Origin: Vibrio cholerae ATCC 14035
GTDB lineage: Bacteria > Pseudomonadota > Gammaproteobacteria > Enterobacterales > Vibrionaceae
Reading direction: 5' to 3'
NCBI RefSeq assembly: GCF_000621645.1
Contig: NZ_JHXR01000002.1
Location: 270,001 to 302,000, forward strand
DNA length: 32,000 bases
Below are positions 1-9,067 of this stretch, in pieces. The notes beneath the pieces are model-generated. The model saw only the letters and a program-made list of their open reading frames with translations. It was not told where the DNA came from and made no database searches. The translations under genes were made by a program, and so were the position numbers. Numbering within the stretch: position 1 is the first letter of the stretch; every line of letters begins with the position of its first letter.

Positions 1-1132
1 CACTGGCATGCGTACTCTCCATCATTAATCCACTCTCGCCTCTCAAAGCCTTATCCACGGCTTGCGAACTGACCTTAAGCAAACCAATCGCGGATTGTTT
101 ACTGCGGATCTGATTGATTGCCGCTCGATCACCCGTTAATGAATTCAATGTCCCGATGAAGGCCGAAGCATCTTCCAGCAGTAAACGGGGCTGACTACGC
201 ATCAGGTGATCACTGCCCACTAAATAGCTCTGGCCGGTATTCCCAAGCCCGTTTTCTTTCCAACGGGAATCGAACGTCATAATGCTATTAATTTCATCCA
301 CTGGCATTTGAAAGATCAGAACACCAACTCGAGTACTACCGTTAAAGATAGGGGTCGAAATGAATGAAGCCGCCGCCTCATAAGAGGGATAGTAAGGTGC
401 AAAATCGTCAAGATAATACTGATTATTGGCTAAGGTTTTGGCTTGCACATAAGCCCTTGCTAGTCCGCTCTCTTTGTACGGACCGCTCAGCAAATTGGTC
501 GCAAAATCAAGCTCTTTGAATACGGTGTACACCACATGACCGTCATTATCGACCATAAACACATCATACAAACCGAACTGCTCTAAATACTGCTTAATCC
601 CAGGATGGTACTTTTGATGCAAAGCATCATACGCGTTACCTAGCGAATCACTCTCCCACTCATGCTTAGCGCCAAGCGGGTTAGGGTTGCTGGCAATATA
701 ACGGGCTTGTAACGCTTCCGCGGATCTGGATAACAGATTCAAACGCGCTAACGGGTTCGCATCTTGGCCGTCGTTTAACTTCTGATAATTCTGACCAAAT
801 TGAGTGGTGTAATAGTCTTTTAGGGCAATGAGCGAAGAAGCTGGCACCTGTTCAACGGGGTAAGCTTGGTAGGCTTGAGTCAAGCCTTCCATTGCCTCCA
901 CAGTGGAGACCATATTAGCTAAGGTCACAAGTTGCCCCGCTACTCGTGTTAAATAGCGTTCAATCTCACTTTTTTTGGTTTCACGAACCGAAAGGAGTTG
1001 GTTCGAGGCTCGCTCATAGATCGCTTGTTTAGACAGAGTGGCGGCGCTCCAACCCACCCACACTCCTGCAATCACGACCGAAAAAATGGACAGCAATGTC
1101 ATAGACAATACGATTTTGTTGGCAATTTTCAT
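1..1132 (-). CDS. Transmembrane Cache-domain sensor, most likely a methyl-accepting chemotaxis protein (N-terminal 377 codons only; the 3' end lies outside the window)
   Basis: Absent from the ORF track because it runs off the edge. Manual minus-strand translation from the ATG at 1132-1130 (AGGGGA SD-like upstream) gives 377 open codons. It starts MKIANKIVLSMTLLSIFSVVIAGVWVGW (TM helix). It continues ...GQSYLVGSDHLMRSQPRLL...AVDKALRGESG, motifs typical of periplasmic double-Cache sensor modules. The output domain is not visible, so the MCP call is an inference. Confidence 0.65.
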   Translation of the reverse strand, partial: MKIANKIVLSMTLLSIFSVVIAGVWVGWSAATLSKQAIYERASNQLLSVRETKKSEIERYLTRVAGQLVTLANMVSTVEAMEGLTQAYQAYPVEQVPASSLIALKDYYTTQFGQNYQKLNDGQDANPLARLNLLSRSAEALQARYIASNPNPLGAKHEWESDSLGNAYDALHQKYHPGIKQYLEQFGLYDVFMVDNDGHVVYTVFKELDFATNLLSGPYKESGLARAYVQAKTLANNQYYLDDFAPYYPSYEAAASFISTPIFNGSTRVGVLIFQMPVDEINSIMTFDSRWKENGLGNTGQSYLVGSDHLMRSQPRLLLEDASAFIGTLNSLTGDRAAINQIRSKQSAIGLLKVSSQAVDKALRGESGLMMESTHAS

Positions 1133-1325
1133 GCTTTTCCCCTGAGAAACTCAGTCAGATATAGAGGTAAAGAGTCGCCAACGATACGTCATAAAACCAA
1201 AACTTCTTTGTTATAGGAATAAAGACTCATTGCAAGCATAGTCATCCCCTATTCCATCTACCAAAAAATACCGCAGAAATTGTCGTTATCCGGCCAACCC
1301 ATAGTCAACGAGTTGATTATAGTTC

Positions 1326-1351
1326 AAAAAAAAGCGACCCTTTCAGGTCGC
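1326..1351 (-). terminator. Rho-independent terminator downstream of the SDR gene
   Basis: The minus strand reads GCGACC-TGAAAG-GGTCGC followed by T8 (A8 at 1326-1333 on the plus strand). Confidence 0.75.
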
Positions 1352-1369
1352 TCAATTATGTTGTTCAAA

Positions 1370-1499
1370 TATACCCTTCCTACTTGAAGCTGCAGCGGTG
1401 CTAGCAACATTCGCCCCCCCCCCCATTCACATAGTCTATCTATGCTCATGGGGATTACTCATTTGCCGCCTACCTGCAACGCCAAGTAGTTTGGGTATA
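1370..1499 (-). repeat. ERIC-like (enterobacterial repetitive intergenic consensus / IRU) element, copy A
   Basis: About 130 bp with terminal inverted repeats TATACCCTTCCTACTTGAAGCTGCAG ... CTGCAACGCCAAGTAGTTTGGGTATA. It is the reverse complement of copies at 9533-9658 and 11176-11301. The core resembles the ERIC consensus (GTGAATCCCCAGGAGC...GGGGTGAGCG...GCCAACGC). It sits between the SDR stop and its terminator. Confidence 0.8.
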
Positions 1500-1526
1500 G
1501 GGGCTTAATCGCACTTTTTTGATTAA

Positions 1527-2246
1527 CTAGGGCTGTTGTTTGGTCGGTGCCAACGCAATCTCACGAATGCACACGCTTTGTGGCTGCTGATAAGCAAACA
1601 GTACCGCACGCGCCACATCATCCGCGGCCAACACGCCGCCCATGTCCACTTTCCAAGCATCGTAGCCCTCTTTAATTTCGCTTGATGTGGTGTGTGAAAG
1701 CAGCTCTGTTTCTACCGCTCCTGGAGCAATTGTGGTCACGCGCACATTGCTGGCGGCCACTTCCTCACGCACGTTTTCAGAAATCGCATGTACCGCAAAC
1801 TTAGTTCCACAGTAAGCAGCATGATTCGGGAAGGTTTTCTTACCCGCAATAGAACTGATGTTCACGATCGTACCGTGGTTGCGCTCTTTCATATCGGCCA
1901 ACACGGCGTGCATACCGTTGAGCAGGCCTAGCACATTCACATCAAACATGCGCTTCCATTCATTCGCTTCTTGAGTATCAATCTGCCCAAGCAGCATGAC
2001 ACCGGCATTGTTCACCAGCAGATCCGCAGGGCCATACAGCGCTTCGGCTTTCGCAATCGCAGCCACTAAGGTCGCCGCCTCTGTCACATCCACTTTTTCA
2101 CACAGTGTATTGGGCAAATTCAGGGCTTCTAAACGTTCCACGCGGCGCGCGACCAACAGCAACGGATGACCCGCTTCACTGAAACGGCGAGCAATCGCTT
2201 CACCAATACCAGAACTTGCACCTGTAATTACGACTAATGATTTCAT
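1527..2246 (-). CDS. Short-chain dehydrogenase/reductase (classical SDR)
   Basis: 239-aa ORF. It has the TGASSGIGEAIA cofactor motif, NNAG, and the catalytic S...YCGTK (YxxxK) motif. Confidence 0.9.
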   Translation of the reverse strand: MKSLVVITGASSGIGEAIARRFSEAGHPLLLVARRVERLEALNLPNTLCEKVDVTEAATLVAAIAKAEALYGPADLLVNNAGVMLLGQIDTQEANEWKRMFDVNVLGLLNGMHAVLADMKERNHGTIVNISSIAGKKTFPNHAAYCGTKFAVHAISENVREEVAASNVRVTTIAPGAVETELLSHTTSSEIKEGYDAWKVDMGGVLAADDVARAVLFAYQQPQSVCIREIALAPTKQQP

Positions 2247-2393
2247 TGGATTACCTCATTCATTCTTAGAAAAATTCTCCTGAGCACAGGAGTTCGTTGC
2301 AATGCGGGCATTCTAGGCGAAAGCTGATTGTTGATATATAGTCGACAGGGTCACAAACTGTTGCCAAATTACGACAAATAAAAGGGACTCTCG

Positions 2394-3299
2394 ATGCAAC
2401 TTAACCAACTCAATCTGGCCGACATTCGCGCCTTTGTACTGATTGCCAAACTCGGCAATTTCACTAAAGCCGCGGAAGAGCTAGAGGTTTCTCGCTCACA
2501 TGTTTCACGCCAGCTGAGCCAGTTGGAAAACAGCATGGGCGTCACTCTTGTCATCCGTACCACACGCAGCCTTTCGCTCACGGATGCTGGGGAACTCTTC
2601 TATCGTCAATGTGAACAAGCCCTGAGCAGTATTGAACAAGCCGTGTTAGCCGCTGTAGATGATGTGCAAGAAGCGCGCGGGGAGCTACGCATCAACAGTG
2701 TGGGCGGGCATATTGGGGAAGAGTTAATTGCGGACATTTGCAGTGCCTTTATGCAAGAAAACCCTGAAGTGCGTATTCACCTCGATTTCAGTAGTCATCG
2801 CGTTGATTTGATTGAAGAAGGCTTTGACGTGGCATTTCGGATGGGAAAATTAGAAGATGCCAGCTTCGTAGCGCGTAAACTCACCGAAATCCGTATGAGC
2901 ACGCTCGCTAGCCCCACGTACTTTACCCTGTGTGGTCAACCTCAACATCCCAAACAGCTCGCCGAGCATCGCTGTTTAACGGGGTCGGTGAAACGTTGGA
3001 GCTACCAACATAAAGAGACGAAGCAGGCTCTCGAAGTACCCGTTGATGGAGATTTACAGTGTAAAAACGGCCGAGTGTTAGTTCGAGCGGCATTGGCGCA
3101 TAACGGTATCATTCGCGTTCCGACGTTCTACTGCCACCAAGAGATTGCCCGCGGCGAATTGGTCGAAGTGTTTCAGGATTGGCATATCCCAAGCGTTGAG
3201 TTTTCGCTCATCTACCATAAAGACAAATATCAACCAGTGCGCTTAAAGCGGTTTATTGAGTTCAGTAAGCGTTATTTTGAGCAGGGCATCATCGAATAA
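2394..3299 (+). CDS. LysR-family transcriptional regulator, divergent from the SDR gene
   Basis: 301-aa ORF with an N-terminal wHTH (FTKAAEELEVSRSHVSRQLSQLENSMGVTLVIRTTR) and a LysR substrate-binding-type C-terminus. The divergent arrangement with a likely target gene is classic. Confidence 0.9.
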   Translation: MQLNQLNLADIRAFVLIAKLGNFTKAAEELEVSRSHVSRQLSQLENSMGVTLVIRTTRSLSLTDAGELFYRQCEQALSSIEQAVLAAVDDVQEARGELRINSVGGHIGEELIADICSAFMQENPEVRIHLDFSSHRVDLIEEGFDVAFRMGKLEDASFVARKLTEIRMSTLASPTYFTLCGQPQHPKQLAEHRCLTGSVKRWSYQHKETKQALEVPVDGDLQCKNGRVLVRAALAHNGIIRVPTFYCHQEIARGELVEVFQDWHIPSVEFSLIYHKDKYQPVRLKRFIEFSKRYFEQGIIE

Positions 3300-3404
3300 A
3301 TCTACGAGTCACGACTCTCGCAATACGGCAGCATAAAAGACTGGTCAAGTTCGGCGCGCTTAGCGACAATACCGCACTTTGAATGACAACGAATGAGAAA
3401 TACC

Positions 3405-4010
3405 ATGCGCAGTTTTATCCTTCGAGCTCGCTCCGCACCGACCGATAGCCAACGCCTACTGGACGAAATTGGTGGCAAATGCCATACCGAAATTTTGGCG
3501 CACTGCATGATGAACAGCCTGTTTACCGCGCAGTCGCATCGTGAAGATGTGGTGATTCATCTGGTATTGGAAAGCACGCGCGATTATTCACGCACCATCA
3601 CCGTTGAAGCGAATGAAATCAGTGATGTGGGCGGATTCCATGAAGCGGCGTTGATTGCTCTATTGGTGAAAGCGCTGGATGCCTCAGTTGGCATGGGCAA
3701 AGAACAAACGCGTGTGGTTCAGCCGGGTTTAACCGTGCGCACCATCAGCTTTGAAGCGCTACTCGGTGAGCTGGCGGAGCATCATTCGCTGTACATGATG
3801 GATAAAAAAGGCGATTCCATTCGTGATATTAAGATTGGCCCGAACCCGTGTTTTATTCTGACCGACCATATCCCGATGCCGAAAAAGAGTGGTAACTCGA
3901 TGAAACGTCTTGGGGTAGAAAAAATCAGCCTTGGCCCCAAAATGCTGTTTGCCTCTCAATGTGTCACGCTAATTCATAACGAGATTGATCACCAAGAAGC
4001 AGGGTGGTAA
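3405..4010 (+). CDS. TrmY-like SPOUT methyltransferase (putative pseudouridine N1-methyltransferase family, UPF0217)
   Basis: The ORF is 3393-4010; I prefer the second ATG at 3405 (MRSFILRARSAPTD...). The C-terminal region NPCFILTDHIPMP...ISLGPKMLFASQCVTLIHNEID looks like a SPOUT trefoil-knot SAM site. The overall sequence matches my recollection of the Vibrio members of the archaeal TrmY family. Confidence 0.7.
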   Translation: MRSFILRARSAPTDSQRLLDEIGGKCHTEILAHCMMNSLFTAQSHREDVVIHLVLESTRDYSRTITVEANEISDVGGFHEAALIALLVKALDASVGMGKEQTRVVQPGLTVRTISFEALLGELAEHHSLYMMDKKGDSIRDIKIGPNPCFILTDHIPMPKKSGNSMKRLGVEKISLGPKMLFASQCVTLIHNEIDHQEAGW

Positions 4011-4033
4011 TCCCTCCCCTCATCAATAACCAA

Positions 4034-4068
4034 CAGCCCTGATGAATCTGTTCGTCAGGGCTGTTTTT
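4034..4068. terminator. Strong hairpin terminator between the convergent trmY-like gene and ribB (probably bidirectional)
   Basis: 13-bp stem CAGCCCTGATGAA / TTCGTCAGGGCTG with loop TCTG, followed by T5 on the plus strand. A T-rich tract (TTGGTTATT) follows it on the minus strand. Confidence 0.8.
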
Positions 4069-4074
4069 CTTCGC

Positions 4075-4731
4075 TTAAGCCAGTTTTAGATCAAACTGAA
4101 TGCGGTATTGCACCATATCTTCAATGGTCAATACGGGCATATTGTGCAGTTTGCCAAACGCGATGATTTCTGGCGTTTTTGCCATGCTGCCATCTGGGTT
4201 GGTCAGTTCGCACAACACACCCGCTGGCTGTAAGCCCGCCATCTGCATCAAATCCACCGTACCTTCAGTATGGCCACGACGCGCCAATACCCCACCCGCA
4301 CGAGCACGTAGCGGGAATACATGACCCGGACGCGCCAAATCTTCTGGCTTTGCTTGTGGGTTCGCGGCGGTTTTGATGGTGGTGACGCGATCTTGCGCGG
4401 AAACTCCTGTGGTTACGCCATGTTTGGCTTCAATCGATACCGTAAACGCCGTTTGGTTCGCACTGTTGTTATTGACCACCATAAGCGGTAGGGCTAAACG
4501 ATCGGCTTGCGCTTCAGTCAGACACAAACAGACAATGCCGCTGCATTCACGGATCATCAATGCCATTTGCACTGTAGTAAGAGATTCTACTGCGTAGATA
4601 ATATCGCCTTCATTTTCGCGATCTTCATCATCGAGCAGCAGTACACCACGCCCTTCACGTAAGGCTTGCAGTGCGTTTTCTACACGAGTAATGGGGTCGC
4701 CGAATTCGGCAAGTAATGAGGACTGATTCAT
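4075..4731 (-). CDS. ribB: 3,4-dihydroxy-2-butanone-4-phosphate synthase
   Basis: 218-aa ORF with hallmark motifs ([19 protein letters not shown]). GGAG SD upstream. Preceded by an FMN riboswitch. Confidence 0.95.
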   Translation of the reverse strand: MNQSSLLAEFGDPITRVENALQALREGRGVLLLDDEDRENEGDIIYAVESLTTVQMALMIRECSGIVCLCLTEAQADRLALPLMVVNNNSANQTAFTVSIEAKHGVTTGVSAQDRVTTIKTAANPQAKPEDLARPGHVFPLRARAGGVLARRGHTEGTVDLMQMAGLQPAGVLCELTNPDGSMAKTPEIIAFGKLHNMPVLTIEDMVQYRIQFDLKLA

Positions 4732-4850
4732 GGTAATACTCCAAAAAATGACCAGAATCAGGGCTTATGAGGGATCAAAATCCAAAACGAAAAGCACTGA
4801 AAACCGAAAGATGTAGCAAAGCCGCACCTTGAAATTCAGTGTGTTTGTCA

Positions 4851-4981
4851 TTCTCTCTCATCCGGACTGTAACCGTCGGCTCTGGCTTCTCACCAGATCT
4901 GCTGACCTCGACGAATCGAGCGCTCGTGGGCTCGCCTTGCGGCATACCACCGGTGGGGAATTTCGCCCCGCCCTGAGAATA
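4851..4981 (-). promoter_or_regulatory. FMN riboswitch (RFN element) in the ribB leader
   Basis: The minus strand reads TTCTCAGGGCGGGGCGAAATTCCCCACCGGTGG...GCCCACGAGCG...GTCAGCAGATCTGGTGAGAAGCCAGAGCCGACGGTTACAGTCCGGATGAGAGAGAA. This matches the conserved RFN core. The roughly 120-nt expression platform (4732-4850) contains the T-rich CACTGAA...TTCAGTGCTTTTCGTTTT. Confidence 0.93.
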
Positions 4982-5120
4982 TTGTTGTGTTTCAGACGAT
5001 TCTGAAACGCCGCTTAGTGTAGTCAGTTCAACGGGCGGTGAAAAGCGTTACGGACAAACTTGTTTTGAATATCACCGTTTTTGAGCAAGAAAAGTCGATA
5101 AAAAGAACATCAGCGCGGAT

Positions 5121-5148
5121 AGAAAAACAGCGCAGACTCGCTGCGCTG
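5121..5148 (-). terminator. Rho-independent terminator of the speF-potE operon
   Basis: The minus strand reads CAGCGCAG-CGAGT-CTGCGCTG followed by TTTTTCT, about 30 nt after the potE stop. Confidence 0.8.
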
Positions 5149-5178
5149 TTGACCTGATAGCTTAAGCTTTAAACCCGA

Positions 5179-6498
5179 TCAGGCGTGTTTCATGGGTGTA
5201 TTGAGCTGTGAGCGAGAGATCGCCCCGTACAGCACCCAACCGAAGAAGGTGGCAATCGAGCCAAGCATAACCGCGGTTTCACCGGAACTGTACAGCGCGT
5301 AGAAGCTGTACATGGCACCAATAAAGGCCATCACGTTGGCCACTTTCGCTTGGCTCACCGGTACATTGAGCTGCTTTTGCATCACGCCCAGCGCAGCCAT
5401 AGAGAGGATGTACGGAATGATGTTGGTCACGACCGCCAAATTCACTAACGCCTCAAACTGCTTATTGAGTGAGGGACTGATGGTCATCAAACTCAACACC
5501 GTTTGAATCGAGACAATGGTCAGCATACCCAGCACAGGGGCATCGGCTTTGGTCACTTTAGAGAACAATTTCGGGAAGAAACCTTCATCGGCCGAGGCTT
5601 TAAACACTTGCGCAATGGTAAATTGCCAGCCAAGCAGTGAACCGGTACAAGACACAATCGCACACGCCATGACAATCGCGCCCATGGTTGGGTTAAACAT
5701 CTGCGCAAAAGCCAGACCAAAGGGTGCGTTCGAGTTAGCCAGATCGGCGTTTGGTACAATCCCGGCAATCACGTTGGTCGAGATGATGTAAATTACCGCA
5801 GCCCCCAAGGTGCCGCCCATGACCGCAATCGGTACGTTTTTCTCTGGGTTTTCCACCGCATCGGCGTTAGCACACGCCGATTCTAAACCCAAGAATGCCC
5901 ACAACGTCATTGCAATTGAGCCGCCCAACGCTTGGAAAAATGGCAAGCCATGTGGGTTCCATGCAGAACGATATAAGTCAAAATCAAACCAGTACCAACC
6001 GATGATGGATACCCCAATCACCGGAATGATGATGCCCCAAACGGTAACACTCGAGACTTGGCCGGTAATACGTGCGCCACCAAAGTTAGCCACAGTGGCT
6101 ACCCACAATACCAAAATAGTCGCGATACAGGTTTCAATCGGAGTGAGATGAAAACCAAACAGCACATCGGCATAACCGACAGCGGAAATGGCAATCGCCA
6201 CGTTGGCAATTAACAAGGAAACCGCATAAGTATAGTTGGCCATAAAGTTGCCGCTGCGGCCAAACGCGTATTCGGCGTAACCACCCATACCGCCGGATTT
6301 TTTACTGAACATACCGCATTTTGCAAAGGCAAACGCCAAGGCAGTTGAACCTGCGGCAGTGACTAACCAAGATAAGATAGAAATGGTGCCGACTTGGGCA
6401 AGCTGAGTCGGGAGCATAATGATGCCCGATCCCATCATGTTAACGATAGTCAGGATGGTGAGTTGCACTACACCAATTTTGTTATTGGATTTACTCAT
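5179..6498 (-). CDS. potE: Putrescine:ornithine antiporter (APC family)
   Basis: 439-aa ORF, near-colinear with E. coli PotE as I recall it (VVQLTILT.VNMMGSGIIMLPT.LA.VGTISI.SWLVTA..., SGGMGGYAEYAFG.SGNFMANYTY). It lies immediately downstream of speF. Confidence 0.95.
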   Translation of the reverse strand: MSKSNNKIGVVQLTILTIVNMMGSGIIMLPTQLAQVGTISILSWLVTAAGSTALAFAFAKCGMFSKKSGGMGGYAEYAFGRSGNFMANYTYAVSLLIANVAIAISAVGYADVLFGFHLTPIETCIATILVLWVATVANFGGARITGQVSSVTVWGIIIPVIGVSIIGWYWFDFDLYRSAWNPHGLPFFQALGGSIAMTLWAFLGLESACANADAVENPEKNVPIAVMGGTLGAAVIYIISTNVIAGIVPNADLANSNAPFGLAFAQMFNPTMGAIVMACAIVSCTGSLLGWQFTIAQVFKASADEGFFPKLFSKVTKADAPVLGMLTIVSIQTVLSLMTISPSLNKQFEALVNLAVVTNIIPYILSMAALGVMQKQLNVPVSQAKVANVMAFIGAMYSFYALYSSGETAVMLGSIATFFGWVLYGAISRSQLNTPMKHA

Positions 6499-6531
6499 GA
6501 TATTCCCCTTCTATGGGTCTTTTCGTGTTGT

Positions 6532-6559
6532 CATCGGGGCAGAAACCTCTGCCCCGATG
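6532..6559 (-). other. Intercistronic stem-loop between speF and potE
   Basis: 9-bp GC-rich stem CATCGGGGC / GCCCCGATG with a 10-nt loop in the 67-nt speF-potE spacer. No T-run follows on the minus strand, so it is more likely an mRNA processing or stability element than a terminator. Confidence 0.5.
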
Positions 6560-6565
6560 CCCCGA

Positions 6566-8728
6566 TTAACGTTTCAGTACATAGCCCATGGCTTGCACTC
6601 GTCCCTCGCCTGTCGGCTCCAAATACACCCCTTGCAATTCAGGCGCAAAACCCGGCAGCAAGTTAATGCCTTCTTCTAGAGCGAGGAAGTAACGCTGTAC
6701 TGAACCGCCCCATATTTCTCCCGGAACCACACACAACACACCCGGAGGGTAAGGCAGTGCGCCTTCAGCGGCGATACGGCCTTCCACTTCACGCAGTGGG
6801 ACTAGCTCAACCTGACCACGTACAAAGGCCAAGTTCGCTTCTTGTGGGTTCATTACCGCACGTGGGAAATAACGCGCGCGGAACATCTCTTTTTGCAGCT
6901 GTTTCACATCATGGCTGACATACAGATCGTGCATTTCCTGACACAACTGACGGATGGTGTAGCCTTTGTAACGTTCGCGATTCGCACGGTACACGTTCGG
7001 CAATACTTCGCTCAGTGGTGCATCTTCTTCAATCAAGCGTTCAAAACGAGCAATTTGTGCCACTAAATGCTGCATCTTCGCCATATCTTCGGCTGGGGTG
7101 AGCAAAAAGAGGATCGAGTTCAAATCGCACTTCTCTGGGATGATGTTGTTCTCACGCAGGAAGTTGGCCAGTATGGTGGCCGGAATACCAAAGTGCTCGT
7201 ATTCGCCGGTTTCTGGGTCAATCCCCGGTGTGGTGAGCAGGAACTTACAAGGGTCAACGAAATACTGACCATGTTCGTAACCTTCAAACGCATGCCATTT
7301 CTGACCCGGTTCAAATTCAAAGAAACGCAAATCATCGGCAATTTGCTCGGTGGGGTGAGATTGCCAAGGTTTACCCTCGATCATTGGTGGAATGAACGGC
7401 TTGATGTATTTGCATTTTTTCATCAGTAGCTTACGGGCTTCGATACCGGTTTTCACCGCTTCGCGCCATAGGTAGCGGCCACTATCCCCTTCGTGCATTT
7501 TGGCGTTCACATCGAGCGCCGCAAACAGCGGGTAGAATGGGCTGGTTGAAGCGTGCAGCATAAAGGCATTGTTAAAGCGTTTATGGTTGCAGTAACGCTC
7601 TTGGCCTTTAATGTGGTGATCTTTCTTGTGGATTTGCGAAGTTTGCGAGAAACCTGCCTGCTGTTTATGTACAGACTGAGTGACGATAATGCCCGGATCT
7701 TCAGGCTTCAGATCGAGAAGAAGTGGTGAGCAATCTTTCATCATGGGAATGAACTGTTCATAGCCCACCCATGCTGAGTCAAACAGGATGTAGTCACACA
7801 AATGACCGATGCGATCCACCACCTGACGCGCGTTGTAAATCGTGCCGTCGTAAGTACCGAGCTGAATGATGGCAAGACGGAATGGGCGTTTCGCTTCCGC
7901 GCGGCTTGGGTCGACATTACGTACCGCATCACGTAGGTAAGATTCGTTAAAGCAGTGCGTATCAATCCCACCGATAAAACCGAATGGGTTACGCGCCGTT
8001 TCTAAGTAAACCGGTGTCGCACCCGCTTGAATTAACGCACCGTGGTGGTTGGATTTATGGTTGTTGCGATCAAACAGCACCAGATCTCCCGGTGTCAGCA
8101 GGGCGTTACACACCACTTTGTTGGAAGCTGAAGTCCCGTTAAGTACGAAGTAGGTTTTATCCGCGTTGTACACTTTCGCGGCGTAAGCCTGTGCATCATG
8201 CGGTGCACCTTCATGGATCAGCAAGTCGCCCAAACGTACGTCCGCGTTACACATATCAGAGCGGAACAAGGTTTCACCAAAGAAATCAAAAAACTGGCGA
8301 CCAACCGGGTGCTTACGGAAGAACTGACCACCTTGATGGCCTGGGCAAGCAAAAGTGGAGTTACCCATGTCCACGTATTTTTTCAATGTACCAAAGAAAG
8401 GTGGCAACAAACTTTCTTGATAACGACGCACGGCAGTTTCCACTTGCTTACCGTAGAACTCGACTTTGGCATCACACAGCTCAAATACCCCGGTGATATC
8501 GGCGCAAAAATCATCTGGGAATTGGTCTTCGCAGCACACAGCAACAAAGATCGGCAGTTTCAAACCGGTCGCATTCATTTTATCTATGATGCCGTTTTGT
8601 ACGTCTTCGACGGAAACCACCGCCGCACCAATGTCACAGAAGTCGGTTTTCAGTACATCCACCACTTCACGTTGGGTTGTGAAGCAAGAGCGAACCGATA
8701 AACTCGTAGCAATTTTTAATGAATTCAT
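6566..8728 (-). CDS. speF: Inducible (biodegradative) ornithine decarboxylase, PLP-dependent
   Basis: 720-aa ORF, colinear with E. coli SpeF as recalled (CPGHQGG.FFR.HP.G, FDRNNHKSNHHGAL, SVHKQQAGFSQTSQIHKKD, GALPYPPGVLCVVPGE). Confidence 0.95.
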   Translation of the reverse strand: MNSLKIATSLSVRSCFTTQREVVDVLKTDFCDIGAAVVSVEDVQNGIIDKMNATGLKLPIFVAVCCEDQFPDDFCADITGVFELCDAKVEFYGKQVETAVRRYQESLLPPFFGTLKKYVDMGNSTFACPGHQGGQFFRKHPVGRQFFDFFGETLFRSDMCNADVRLGDLLIHEGAPHDAQAYAAKVYNADKTYFVLNGTSASNKVVCNALLTPGDLVLFDRNNHKSNHHGALIQAGATPVYLETARNPFGFIGGIDTHCFNESYLRDAVRNVDPSRAEAKRPFRLAIIQLGTYDGTIYNARQVVDRIGHLCDYILFDSAWVGYEQFIPMMKDCSPLLLDLKPEDPGIIVTQSVHKQQAGFSQTSQIHKKDHHIKGQERYCNHKRFNNAFMLHASTSPFYPLFAALDVNAKMHEGDSGRYLWREAVKTGIEARKLLMKKCKYIKPFIPPMIEGKPWQSHPTEQIADDLRFFEFEPGQKWHAFEGYEHGQYFVDPCKFLLTTPGIDPETGEYEHFGIPATILANFLRENNIIPEKCDLNSILFLLTPAEDMAKMQHLVAQIARFERLIEEDAPLSEVLPNVYRANRERYKGYTIRQLCQEMHDLYVSHDVKQLQKEMFRARYFPRAVMNPQEANLAFVRGQVELVPLREVEGRIAAEGALPYPPGVLCVVPGEIWGGSVQRYFLALEEGINLLPGFAPELQGVYLEPTGEGRVQAMGYVLKR

Positions 8729-9067
8729 ATTTAGCCTTTCTTATTTTTTTTGAGTAAACGAATTCCAAGCCAAATTATTTTTAGCGTGCAGGAAATCGCT
8801 CAGCAAAATAAATATTGCCGTCACAAAGGCTGAGATAGAAATAATGGAGAGCCCCAGCCTAAGAACGGGTGAATATTCTTTTGCTTAATAATGATTTTTC
8901 TTGGGCATACCTAGAGATTCACTCAGTTTCGGTAGGAGCAGGCAAAACCAACATGATTTCACATCACGCCAAAGGGCGTAAAAATCCATGAATATGCCTT
9001 AATACCTCAACATGAGGAAAGCAGGTATAGGACGAACCTTTAGCTGACAAGCAGCCTAAAGCTCTCG

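Noticed and set aside
998-1216. 72-aa plus-strand ORF overlapping the start of the edge chemoreceptor gene
   Set aside because: It is antisense to a 377-codon open frame with clear TM/Cache features, has no SD, and is Arg/His-rich nonsense-like sequence.
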